This document shows positions 54,434-64,000 of a stretch of 64,000 nt of DNA, piece after piece. Below the pieces are notes generated by a model that ran no database searches, was not told the origin of the DNA, and saw nothing but the letters and a program-made list of their open reading frames with translations. The DNA comes from Epithemia pelagica. Lineage: Eukaryota; Protista; Bacillariophyta. Every line of letters begins with the position of its first letter. Position 1 is the first letter of the stretch. Location: assembly GCA_946965045.2 (NCBI GenBank), contig OX337230.1, forward strand, positions 372,001 through 436,000, given 5' to 3'. The position numbers and the translations under genes are program-made.

Positions 54434-57400
54434 ATGTTGGTACCCACTAGCTCTGCCAAAACCATTCATGAGGTACGTGTGCTCTACGGACTGTGTTGGA
54501 GAGTTTGCCTTTTCCTTTCTTTGAATCTCACATGGTTGGTTGGACAGCTTCGAGAACAAGGCAATGCCGCCTTCAAGGAGGGCGATTGGCAACGAGCCGT
54601 GGAGTTGTATACCCAAGCCATTGACTTTCATCACCAGGGTCGCAACAACAACAACAACACCCACCACAAAAACCCACCACCCTCCAACAATTCTCAATCG
54701 TTGAATTCGTCGTCGACGAGTCCAGTGCGCACGCCATCCGACCATTATTTGGTGTCGCTTTATTCCAATCGATCGGCCGCCTATTTGAAACAGGGCCACG
54801 CCGTCTTGGCCATAGGCGATGCCCACGAATGCATTGCCTTGAAACCCGATTATTACAAGGGGTATAGTCGATTGGGAGCGGCCTACTTGTCCTTGCAACA
54901 GTACGATTCCGCCATTGCCACCTTTCAACAAGGATTATTGAAATGTCCACCGCAAGAGGCCTTGCAAAAGGGATTGGCCGCCTCGCAACGAGCACATGAA
55001 CGATACCAACAACGACACCAACATCAACAACAATTGCACAATGATCCTTCTCGTCGTCGTCGACGACGACGATCCAGTCACTCCTTCTCGTCGCCGCCGC
55101 CGTTGTCTCCCGGCTATCATTCACCCATGACAACCACCACTACCACACTGCAATCCCCACAAGGACGATACGACGAAGAGGAGGACGAGCATGTGCCAAC
55201 AACAACAAGGAGCATGGTCGATCGTCCGACCGCCGTGGCTCGTGTCGCTCGGCAACGATCCATAGTGGCGGCCCGTCGCCTGTCATCATCACGGACAGGA
55301 GACCTGCGTCCTTCCTCCAATGCTCCTTTGTACGACCATTTGAGCACCAACAAAACGAACGGCGACAAGGATGACGATGATTACCGGACCGTCATTGCCG
55401 GCTTTGTGGCCCGTCAACAACACGACTTACGAGTGCTACTCGACGCCCTTCAAGCGCAATGGGACTTTGTGCAAATTTTGCAAACCTTGACGACCGAAGC
55501 GGCCAAACTGGCACTCTTGTTCAATGTCGTGGATACCAATCGCGATGGCACCATTTCCGCCACAGAATTGGCCGTCCTTCTCCAACACCAAGCACCCTTG
55601 GTACGAGTCAATACTAAAACGACGAACCAACCCAAACTCCACAATCCACATCCACAACCAGACACGACGAAAGGAACCAACCACCCACAACCACACGATT
55701 CATCCTGGACCGGTGTGTCTCCCTATTGGTTGGATCAAGCCATTACGGCCGTGGCCATTTTTGACAAGGATGGCGATGCTCGATTCAATGTCGACGAATT
55801 TTCCGAATATGTTCGCGTCTGGTTGGCCGAATTGAATTCCACTAGTCGTTTGACGACCAGTCCACCCCGCACTCCACAACCACCACCGCCCAATAATCAA
55901 CACTTGTCCCTGTTCGAGTTTGTCGATTACCTCGTGTTGCAAACCTTGTTTCATTCACCTCCCGCTGCCAATGACACGGATCCCCACCCGGAGGAGCAGG
56001 AGCCCTTGGTGGACCACCGTCGCGATTCGACTCGGACCATGACCCGACGGTCCTCGTCCATTCTCTCGCGTGATTGGAGTGTCGTCTTGGATCAAGGCGA
56101 TGACATTGATCGTCAAGTCAAATCGCGAGGACAATGGTTGGATATTTTGGGACAAGAAGACTTGTGGCAACTCTTTGCCCAGTGTTTGGCCTTGACACCC
56201 AAACAACCAAACCAACAACGAACCGAAACCACCACGGCCGTGTCCTGGGACGTGGTGGCCACAGCCTTGGTGCGGTTTGCCCAACAACAACCTGCGACTA
56301 CTACTAATACGACGACGACCATGCAGGCCGACATTCTCCCACCCACCATGGAGTTCTTACTCCACAGGGAACCGCAACGACCCGACCAACCATCCACCAC
56401 CAATCCTCCAGGAATGGCGGATTCCTCGCCTCAATCCTTGCCAACTACTAGTACCATGACTTATGAACAATTTGGACAATTCATGTTGGACTATGTGACA
56501 CTGGTTTGGAACCAACCCTTTGAGGCCGTGGCCAAAGAATTGGTGCACTTTCTCGAAAGTCTGCCATCCAATGACAACAACAACAACAGCAATGACGACG
56601 GATTTGGTCGTGCATGGAAGCAGATTCGGTCCGAATGGATCAACAAGAATACGATGAACGACCACACCACAACTACTCGTCCAGCCGAATCCGCTGTCAT
56701 TGGAACTACGTCGACCACCACAATACAACCTACGTTGGATTCCAGCCTTGTCGTCGTTCACCAAGAACCTCCGGCTCCTCCCACACCGCGCTTATCTCCT
56801 CCTTCCATTCGTCGTCACAAAAGACGCAACAGCAGTGAAGATTCCTCCGACAGTCCTCCAATCATGAGTACGGGCCCGACGGAACAGGACCGGCACGTAG
56901 CGCCTCCACAACCCGAAAGCAATACTACCGTCAGTCAAGTCGCTGCGGCTGCGGCGGCGGTTGCCGCAACTCAAAGTTCCGAAGGTTTACAGAAGGAAGA
57001 GAAAGAAACTGAAACGTCAAACATGGAGAAACTTTCATCCAACAATAAGGAAGAGGAACAAGAAGAAGATCAGAAACTGAACATGGACAACGAAGGAGCC
57101 AACAACGAGTCGGGCAAAGAAGACGAAAAACCGAAAACGGACAACGAAGGAGCCAACAAGGATCAGGACAAAGAAGACGAGGCATTGAAAATGGATACAC
57201 GAGAAACCGACAAGAAAGAAGAAAACGAAGATGCAAAAGAAACATCGAAAACGGGCGAACCAAAAACCAACATGGAAGAGGAAAAAGAAGAAACCGAAAA
57301 AGCAAAAATGGACGACAAAGAAATCAACAAAGAAAAGGAGAACGAAAACGAACACGATACATCGAAAATGGACGAACAAGAAAACAACAAGGAAGGGGAT

Positions 57401-59278
57401 AACGAAGAAGATAAAGAAAAATCGAATATGGACAAACCAGAAGAAGGACAGTCCGAAATGGACATCCAACAAAAAGTGGAGGGGAAACAGCTTCTTTCCG
57501 ATCGTGGCGAAGAATTTGAGGAACATTCTGTCCTGGAAGAGGAAGCATCTTTGGATTCCGTCTTGCATGGAAAGTTGGACCAGTTGTTCGAGTTGTGGGA
57601 CACGGCGGGCACTGGAATGGTTGAGCGAACGGTTTTGGAGCATGGTCTAAAGCTGTTTGAGCAAGAAAAGTCCTTGTTATCCCTGAACGAAGACGACATT
57701 GCTGTTGGTAAAGCACCAGCTGTCTCACCATCCCGACCAGCTCAAGAAACACCTCAACAGTTGGATCGAGATTCGTTTGCCCGTGTCGTGTCGGAATATG
57801 CCCGACACCAGCAACAACAACAAAATCCGCACCTTTCCAATCGAATGGAATACTTGCACGAGTTGATTGGCTTTCTGTGTTTGACGGCAGTGACAATGAC
57901 GGATATGGACATGGACATGTTTACTCACGCTACAATCGACCAAAGCGAAACGAACAATGACGAGGACGGAGAGAATGCTGGAGAGCGCAAACCATCGACC
58001 ACGGATCGTGGATTTCGACAACCGATTCGCCTCGAGTATGTCGATGACGAATCTACTTACACAAGTCCGCTGGATGGCCAGTTGTCTCTCTCGTCCTTGT
58101 CGACAAAGCTGGACGATACAAACTCATCCATCCATGACAGCCATCAGGTAGTTATTGTGACACCGTCGTCACCCACTCGAGATACACTCAACAAGAGCAA
58201 TGCTGTGACGGCTGACCGTCCCAGTGACGCCAAGGATAATCCGCCACTATCCGAGCAAAATGATCGTCTAGGCACGGAGAAGACTGAAGTGACCCCTATC
58301 GAGGGAAGAGAGTATATTGAAAATGATGGCACCAAGAGCCAAGAGGCAGGTCAAGTCGTGACAGCTTCATCCACAAGCGAAGTAACAGCGATTAAGAATG
58401 GCAACATGTCAACAAACGATCAGACGGGCACAACTGTACAAGCGCATGTCGAGCCTCACGGGGAGCCTTATGAGGACGAAAAGAAAGTCCAGGAACAAGA
58501 CTCTGGTAGGCAAGAGGCTCAGGCAGAAATTGATCAGATTCCGACCAACGGAGAAGATAATACCGCCCCTGTAGAGAATAATAACACATCAGAAGAGGTT
58601 TCAGATGAAAAGGCTGACGAAAAGCAACAAACAAAGGATGGAGGTGTGGGTGCAATCAGCACAATACCGATTCCGGCGAGTAAGGAAGCAGATGGTGACG
58701 ATAAGGCCACAGAAGAGATACCACAGCGGAACATCTCGATGGACGAGAAACAAGAATCACAGAATGAACCTGGGGTGGCTGAAGGCAAAGGGGGCGAAGC
58801 ATCTACCGAGATTCGGAGCGCTCCAGAAGGACAAGGTAAAGAAGGGGAGGGGATGGAAAACAATCCAAACGTTAATCGTACTACAGCCACGGCTGATGAA
58901 ACGGGTCAACCGGGTAGCAGCGAAGATCCGAAACCTGCTGAGAAACAATCTGATGCGGAGAAAGACGTGGCAGGTGACATGGTAACAACCGTTCCAGAAA
59001 TAATGAACGAGGAAACTGGAGGAGAAGAGAACCAACCGGTGCATGGACAACAACAGGCTAAAGAAAATACGGAAGCACAAGGCAGAAGTAACAAGGAAAA
59101 GGGAACAAGTATCAAGCTAAATGACAAAGAAGGTGACATGCCGCAAAAGGGGACTATCAGTGATTTCATTGAAGGGAACAATAAACGGAGCAGTGTTGTA
59201 AGTCAGGACGATTCGGATGGCTTTTTCAGCGCTTGTGAGGGCAATTCAGAAGACGGCTCAACGTGGGCAAGCGAGTGA
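54434..59278 (+). CDS. TPR (STI1-like) plus EF-hand protein with long acidic tail; probable 75-bp intron 54473-54547
   Basis: TPR segments LREQGNAAFKEGDWQRAVELYTQAI, YSNRSAAYLKQG and PDYYKGYSRLGAAY. EF loops DTNRDGTISATE and DKDGDARFNVDE. The in-frame GTACGT...GGACAG intron interrupts the first TPR helix. Confidence 0.8.
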   Translation: MLVPTSSAKTIHEVRVLYGLCWRVCLFLSLNLTWLVGQLREQGNAAFKEGDWQRAVELYTQAIDFHHQGRNNNNNTHHKNPPPSNNSQSLNSSSTSPVRTPSDHYLVSLYSNRSAAYLKQGHAVLAIGDAHECIALKPDYYKGYSRLGAAYLSLQQYDSAIATFQQGLLKCPPQEALQKGLAASQRAHERYQQRHQHQQQLHNDPSRRRRRRRSSHSFSSPPPLSPGYHSPMTTTTTTLQSPQGRYDEEEDEHVPTTTRSMVDRPTAVARVARQRSIVAARRLSSSRTGDLRPSSNAPLYDHLSTNKTNGDKDDDDYRTVIAGFVARQQHDLRVLLDALQAQWDFVQILQTLTTEAAKLALLFNVVDTNRDGTISATELAVLLQHQAPLVRVNTKTTNQPKLHNPHPQPDTTKGTNHPQPHDSSWTGVSPYWLDQAITAVAIFDKDGDARFNVDEFSEYVRVWLAELNSTSRLTTSPPRTPQPPPPNNQHLSLFEFVDYLVLQTLFHSPPAANDTDPHPEEQEPLVDHRRDSTRTMTRRSSSILSRDWSVVLDQGDDIDRQVKSRGQWLDILGQEDLWQLFAQCLALTPKQPNQQRTETTTAVSWDVVATALVRFAQQQPATTTNTTTTMQADILPPTMEFLLHREPQRPDQPSTTNPPGMADSSPQSLPTTSTMTYEQFGQFMLDYVTLVWNQPFEAVAKELVHFLESLPSNDNNNNSNDDGFGRAWKQIRSEWINKNTMNDHTTTTRPAESAVIGTTSTTTIQPTLDSSLVVVHQEPPAPPTPRLSPPSIRRHKRRNSSEDSSDSPPIMSTGPTEQDRHVAPPQPESNTTVSQVAAAAAAVAATQSSEGLQKEEKETETSNMEKLSSNNKEEEQEEDQKLNMDNEGANNESGKEDEKPKTDNEGANKDQDKEDEALKMDTRETDKKEENEDAKETSKTGEPKTNMEEEKEETEKAKMDDKEINKEKENENEHDTSKMDEQENNKEGDNEEDKEKSNMDKPEEGQSEMDIQQKVEGKQLLSDRGEEFEEHSVLEEEASLDSVLHGKLDQLFELWDTAGTGMVERTVLEHGLKLFEQEKSLLSLNEDDIAVGKAPAVSPSRPAQETPQQLDRDSFARVVSEYARHQQQQQNPHLSNRMEYLHELIGFLCLTAVTMTDMDMDMFTHATIDQSETNNDEDGENAGERKPSTTDRGFRQPIRLEYVDDESTYTSPLDGQLSLSSLSTKLDDTNSSIHDSHQVVIVTPSSPTRDTLNKSNAVTADRPSDAKDNPPLSEQNDRLGTEKTEVTPIEGREYIENDGTKSQEAGQVVTASSTSEVTAIKNGNMSTNDQTGTTVQAHVEPHGEPYEDEKKVQEQDSGRQEAQAEIDQIPTNGEDNTAPVENNNTSEEVSDEKADEKQQTKDGGVGAISTIPIPASKEADGDDKATEEIPQRNISMDEKQESQNEPGVAEGKGGEASTEIRSAPEGQGKEGEGMENNPNVNRTTATADETGQPGSSEDPKPAEKQSDAEKDVAGDMVTTVPEIMNEETGGEENQPVHGQQQAKENTEAQGRSNKEKGTSIKLNDKEGDMPQKGTISDFIEGNNKRSSVVSQDDSDGFFSACEGNSEDGSTWASE

Positions 59279-59876
59279 ACAACGCAACGTGCACATTCCG
59301 GTGCTTCCAGGACTGGGTAGATAGATATAGATGGATGGATTTGAAGGATGACAGCAAGAGTTAATTTAGCAATTTTGTTCTAAACTCTGGATCTTGGTAG
59401 AGCTGATCAACTGGATTGTCGTTCATTTCCTATTTCTCACTATACCGTACACATGATTGAAGTCGGTAGAGATAGCTAGCTATACACTTTGGACTTTTTC
59501 TTTACAATGCTCTCCCAATTCATCAAATGTACTCTTCTTTGCATTAACATCACACAAATGGAGGGAAACGTCCCCACCAAACGACAATCACACCGAGTGT
59601 TTTGGTACACAGCTGAGTCTCGGTAGTACATTCATTCGAAAAAAGTATAATACCAAGTGAATCCGCTTCCATATTCCATATTCCACATTCCACAGTAGAG
59701 TCGAATGCATGGTCCACGAACATCCTGAACTTGACAACGTCCTGGAAGTTTGCCACCTCATCCTTCTACTCTTTCGTAGCGGAATCTTGGGATGTGTCGT
59801 GGTGCCTGCTCGTGGTATGTATTCGTTGTGTGTGGTTCCTTCTTCTTCCCATGTATAGTATTCTTCTATCGTATTT

Positions 59877-62669
59877 TTACATGGGCACCATGATCAAGAG
59901 GGCGACAAACCAAACGGCAAAGGCCGCCACGGCACGGACGGGATCCAGGGGCGTGACTTCGTCGCGACAGGGCAATTCGCCATCCATGTGACAGGCACTG
60001 TAGACAGCCCAGGCTCCCACAAGGGCATCGGCCCGCGGCACCACCAGCGACGAGACAATCAAAACGAGCCACACCAACCCCGACAGTATGGCATGACCGC
60101 GTCGACCCAAGACGGACAGGGCCAATCGACCGCCATCGGTGGCCCCCAGGGGCAAGAGTTCCAAGGCATTCATCAAGAGTCCCACAAATCCGGCAATGGC
60201 AAAGGGATGCAAGGGAATGTAGGCGGAAAGGGCATCTTGTGTGGTAATAAAGCCGGCCGCCAAGGCCGAATCGACCACGGTTCCTCCCAAGGTACTCGTG
60301 AGCAAGGTATTGACCGACAAGGTGGGGAACAAGGACGCGAGTTGTGGTGAGGCGGTATTGGTCAATTCCAATCCCCAGACCAACCATGCCACGGAAACGG
60401 TGGAACCCACGAGGGGACCGGCCACGGCAAAATCAAACAAGACTTGCAGATTGGGAACCGGTTGTCTCAATCGCGTCAAACTGCACAAAATGGGAGGAAT
60501 CCCCAAACAGGGCAACAAGGTGGGCCAAGCAGTATCAATGGCAAGACTCTTGGATGATGATTGTGTCTCGTCATTGCCAATCACGGTTTGTTGCGAATTG
60601 TGCCAGGCCGCCACGGCTTGATGACCCAATTCGTGACAGAGCTGAATGGATAAAAGAGGTAGAAGCAGCAGGGAAAGTCGGGCCAGGTCATTGTCCAAGG
60701 GCGTCCACCAAAAGGGAACCACTATGGTGGTCATTTCGGAAAGGGTGGTTGGTGCTGTAGTCGTAAGCGCGGCCAACCGATGCCAGACTTCAGCTCCCGT
60801 GGCACCCTCGGTCGGATACAAACTCAATCCAAAGAGGACCGTCGACACGAGCGCCAAGGCATTGCTGGACCAGGTCAAGACTGGATTGGTCGTGGGTGTC
60901 AAGTCATGATTCAAGACCAACAAGACCGGATAGGGGTCTCCCGTTTCGTCATTGATCAGTAAGGGACCATTATAATTGTCGTCGTCATCCTCTTCGTCGT
61001 CAATGGTGAAGCGGGCAAATTCCGTCACCAAACAGACAGTGGGAATGGGATCCGTGATGGTCTTGGTGGTGGTCGTGGTGCTGCAGGTATCATTGGCAGT
61101 AACCGGTGGATTCCCCCAGTGTTGCTGCAAGGCGGTGTCCAATTGTTGAATCCAGGCAGCCGTCGTGGAATCCTCCTCCTTGGTTTTGTAAGTGGGAGAA
61201 GAGCTACTGGTCGTCCTACTGCGTGGTGATGGAGGAATTTTGCCCCGTACGATATAGCCACCCGGAATGGCTTGTTCGGCGGGGTGTGGACCAAAGTCCC
61301 ACAAGTTCCGCACCGACTCGTGTGACTGTGATTGTTGCAGAACGTGTTTGACGTGTTCCAATTGCCGGACCGTGACGGTTCGATCCGGATCGCGCGTGAC
61401 ACGTCCCCACGTGGCCATGGTACGACTGGCCGCCAGCGAATTCTCCACTTCCAAGAGCGTTTCATTTCCCACCAGTTCCGTGTCACCATTATCATCTTGG
61501 CGCACAATTTGAATGCGGGGATTCCGTCCAATGCGAATGTCAATGACAAAGCCGGGATCCTTTCGAAGGGTGGTGGAAGAAGAAGAACTCGAGGAATCCC
61601 ACAATGCAATTTCGTCCTCGTCCTTGTTCGATTCGATTCCTCCTCCTTGTTGCACACGAGCCATGGTTTGATTCAAGGACCGTTCCAAGGATTGATACAG
61701 GTACTGCTGTTGCATCAATTGATCTTGGTGTTCAATCAAGTCGCGCACAATGAAAGGTGCTTGATCAAATTGACAAGCGCGTTGTAAGGCAGCTGCGGCT
61801 GGGTCCTTGTTGTGGTCCTTGATGTTGAGGTCCTTGTTGAGCTTGACCGTGTCGTCGTCATCCTCCTCTTCCACAATATCTTGGAGGCAGCGACACAGCG
61901 CCCATCGACAGGACAGGGGCAAGTGCAAAAAGGTTTGAATGGCGCGTCGAAAGTCCAAGAGGGACGTATTGGGGGGTCGCAGTGGCATCCAGGCATTCAG
62001 TAAAAGCCAGGCCCGTTCCAATCCGTCCACAAGGGTTTGAAGCTCGTCCAAGGCGGCACGTCTCGTGCCATTGGACATGGGCATTTCCTGCAATGTACTT
62101 TGCAAATCGGTCAATTGATCCACCAAGGTTTGGTACCGAACACGGACTTGCTCCAATTCCCGCGCATCCTGGTCCTGGTCCTGGTCCTGGTTCTTGTCGT
62201 TGGGTGGGGGAGGCACGTGGACCAGTTCGGTTTGATTCGTGGAGGAGGAGGAGGAAGATACGGACGAGGACGACGATTCGGGAGTCGCCCCTAGTAGGGG
62301 AGGAACCGTTCGTCTGCTTCGTTTTGGTGTGGTGGTCCAAGAACCATTGGTCGTTCTTCGTCTCGGATGGGAGGGAACCGCCACAAAGGCATTGGCCATG
62401 GGAGGAGGAGTCCATTGGAGATTGCTTGGTTGAAACACAGCCACACGACTGCACCACCACCAAAGAATGCCGAGTCGTATCGTTATGGGGAACGAAGGGA
62501 TGGTCGTCGTCCTGGTCCGCATGGAGGATGCCACGACTCTCCCAGTTCTTGTTCTTGTCCATGTCTTGGTGGTGGGGACGACGATTGGAGCGTTGGTGCA
62601 AGAATCCATGGTCATGCTGTTGTTGTTGTTGGAGGTTTTTGTCGTTCTCGTCGCTTGGTACAAAATCAC
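59877..62669 (-). CDS. M50 (site-2 protease) family membrane metalloprotease, EGY-like, probably plastid; start uncertain
   Basis: HELGH zinc motif in a hydrophobic segment, FDFAVAGPLVG, LHPFAIAGFVGLLMNALELLPLGATDGGR. The N-terminal region contains ANA-F, resembling a plastid signal cleavage motif. Confidence 0.82.
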   Translation of the reverse strand: MILYQATRTTKTSNNNNSMTMDSCTNAPIVVPTTKTWTRTRTGRVVASSMRTRTTTIPSFPITIRLGILWWWCSRVAVFQPSNLQWTPPPMANAFVAVPSHPRRRTTNGSWTTTPKRSRRTVPPLLGATPESSSSSVSSSSSSTNQTELVHVPPPPNDKNQDQDQDQDARELEQVRVRYQTLVDQLTDLQSTLQEMPMSNGTRRAALDELQTLVDGLERAWLLLNAWMPLRPPNTSLLDFRRAIQTFLHLPLSCRWALCRCLQDIVEEEDDDDTVKLNKDLNIKDHNKDPAAAALQRACQFDQAPFIVRDLIEHQDQLMQQQYLYQSLERSLNQTMARVQQGGGIESNKDEDEIALWDSSSSSSSTTLRKDPGFVIDIRIGRNPRIQIVRQDDNGDTELVGNETLLEVENSLAASRTMATWGRVTRDPDRTVTVRQLEHVKHVLQQSQSHESVRNLWDFGPHPAEQAIPGGYIVRGKIPPSPRSRTTSSSSPTYKTKEEDSTTAAWIQQLDTALQQHWGNPPVTANDTCSTTTTTKTITDPIPTVCLVTEFARFTIDDEEDDDDNYNGPLLINDETGDPYPVLLVLNHDLTPTTNPVLTWSSNALALVSTVLFGLSLYPTEGATGAEVWHRLAALTTTAPTTLSEMTTIVVPFWWTPLDNDLARLSLLLLPLLSIQLCHELGHQAVAAWHNSQQTVIGNDETQSSSKSLAIDTAWPTLLPCLGIPPILCSLTRLRQPVPNLQVLFDFAVAGPLVGSTVSVAWLVWGLELTNTASPQLASLFPTLSVNTLLTSTLGGTVVDSALAAGFITTQDALSAYIPLHPFAIAGFVGLLMNALELLPLGATDGGRLALSVLGRRGHAILSGLVWLVLIVSSLVVPRADALVGAWAVYSACHMDGELPCRDEVTPLDPVRAVAAFAVWFVALLIMVPM

Positions 62670-64000
62670 ACAAATGTTCTGGATATCCTTTTTGTGGCCA
62701 GTGTTGTTGCTGTGTGGTTTCTATTATACCGAAGTAAAATAGGTAGTCGTCGAACTCTTGCTTGGTCGGTCGTCCTTCTCTTGCTTTCCGAGACACTTGT
62801 TTCTCTGTCGCTGGCTCTCTACTAGGTAATAGATGCGGTCGTCTCCTCGGGAAACACCACACACTCTCACAGTGATTCGACCAAAGGACGACGAGGAGGA
62901 GAGGATGAGAGGTGCAGATGAGAATACGAATAATAAAAGAAGAGAAGAGAGAGATGGTACTGGAGCTGGAGCGTCCGAGGGGTTGGCGCCGACCAACGAC
63001 GACGTCATGCCCGAGAGAGCGCGACTGCAAATCCCGTCCGAAACGAAAACTACCGACTAACGGTTCGATTCTGGTCCCGGAATTTTTTTGGTGGGGCCCA
63101 CAGGCGAGACGAGCGCGACAAAGTCCCGACTCCCGTCTCTCACCGGAAACTACCGTGGTGGATGCGTGGTCCCGGAAGTTTTGGTGGCGGCCCACATTCA
63201 TCACATTTTGTTATTTTTGAAAAAGAAACCAAGAGAGAATGAGAGAGCGGGAGCCACACGCAACAGGAGGAGCAAACAGTAGGGCTGTTGTGGTTGTTCG
63301 CTCCAACGCGAACTGTAAGTCGCCGTGTTGTGTAGTGTCGAGTGTATACGATTGTCGTTCCTGTGGATTCTCTCTCATCTCCCTTTTTGCTGTTTTGTTC
63401 GAGAGAGACTGCCGCGACGGTGGAGCAATCCAAGCACGGCTTCAACACACACACACGAACGGATTCACACAGCAAGAACAACAACAACAAGAAGAAACTG
63501 GTGTGTGCAACGGTGAGTAGAGAGAGAAAGCGCGCGTGAGTTTTGTCGTTTGGTTTGGTTGGTTGGTTGTCTCTCTCACACACCACACACGAACATATGA
63601 CTCGATGAGCGAGACGAGAGAGTTTTGTGGTTTGGTTTGGTTCGTTGGTTCGTTCGTTCGTTCTCTCTCCTTCGCGCACAAAATGGACTCGACACAGTTT
63701 TACATATACAGCGGCTGCATTTGTTTGGGCAGGATCCACATTTGGCAGATATGGCAGGTGAATTTTCGTTTCGACTATTGCCAGGGCTATTTCCATACTA
63801 TCTCTTTAAAATCTTGACGAAGTATCTACAAACACAAAATAGACTTGCGCCTGGAGTGTGGATTGGAGTCTTGGCCAATGGAATGAATGCCCTCTTCAAT
63901 TGGGCGTTGATTTTTGAGGCCGGGTGGGGCATTGCTGGGGCTCCCTGGGCGACGACTTTGACTCGCGCTGCAGAATTTGTCATGATTATTGGTTATGTTC

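Noticed and set aside
61858-63204. 448-aa alternative-frame ORF overlapping the M50 gene
   Set aside because: Low-complexity sequence with no motifs. It might contribute a 5' exon, but dual coding is unsupported.
63798-63983. 61-aa ORF at the window edge
   Set aside because: Too short and has no recognisable features; it may be part of a gene extending beyond the window.
1-64000. CRISPR arrays, rRNA or prokaryotic operon structure
   Set aside because: No regularly spaced repeat-spacer array or rRNA-like sequence was found, and spliceosomal introns show the DNA is eukaryotic.

Overview
Eukaryotic genomic DNA, most likely from a pennate diatom. This is an inference from short GT-AG introns, plastid-type signal peptides, DUF6824 and SLC4 genes, and CoDi-like copia elements. 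Host genes: a GRAB-domain golgin, an internally duplicated unknown protein, a methylthioribose-1-P isomerase broken by an in-frame TAG, tRNA-Asn(GTT), a DUF6824 protein, a small Cys-rich membrane protein, two DUF819 paralogs flanking a globin, tandem SLC4 bicarbonate transporters (one frameshifted), a TPR/EF-hand protein and an EGY-like M50 protease. Mobile DNA: a 1.2-kb PIF/Harbinger-like element (TAA TSD) and two very young, related Ty1/copia LTR retrotransposons, one nested antisense in the other (A 26884-43134 minus, TSD GGAGT; B 29370-37315 plus, TSD GTGCG). Both retroelements share three unusual traits: (1) a primer-binding site matching the anticodon stem-loop of tRNA-Asn, whose gene is in this window; (2) an extra ORF upstream of gag with a conserved protein motif; (3) a near-identical, AUG-free 250-nt spacer before gag-pol. 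All identities were read by eye and no searches were run.
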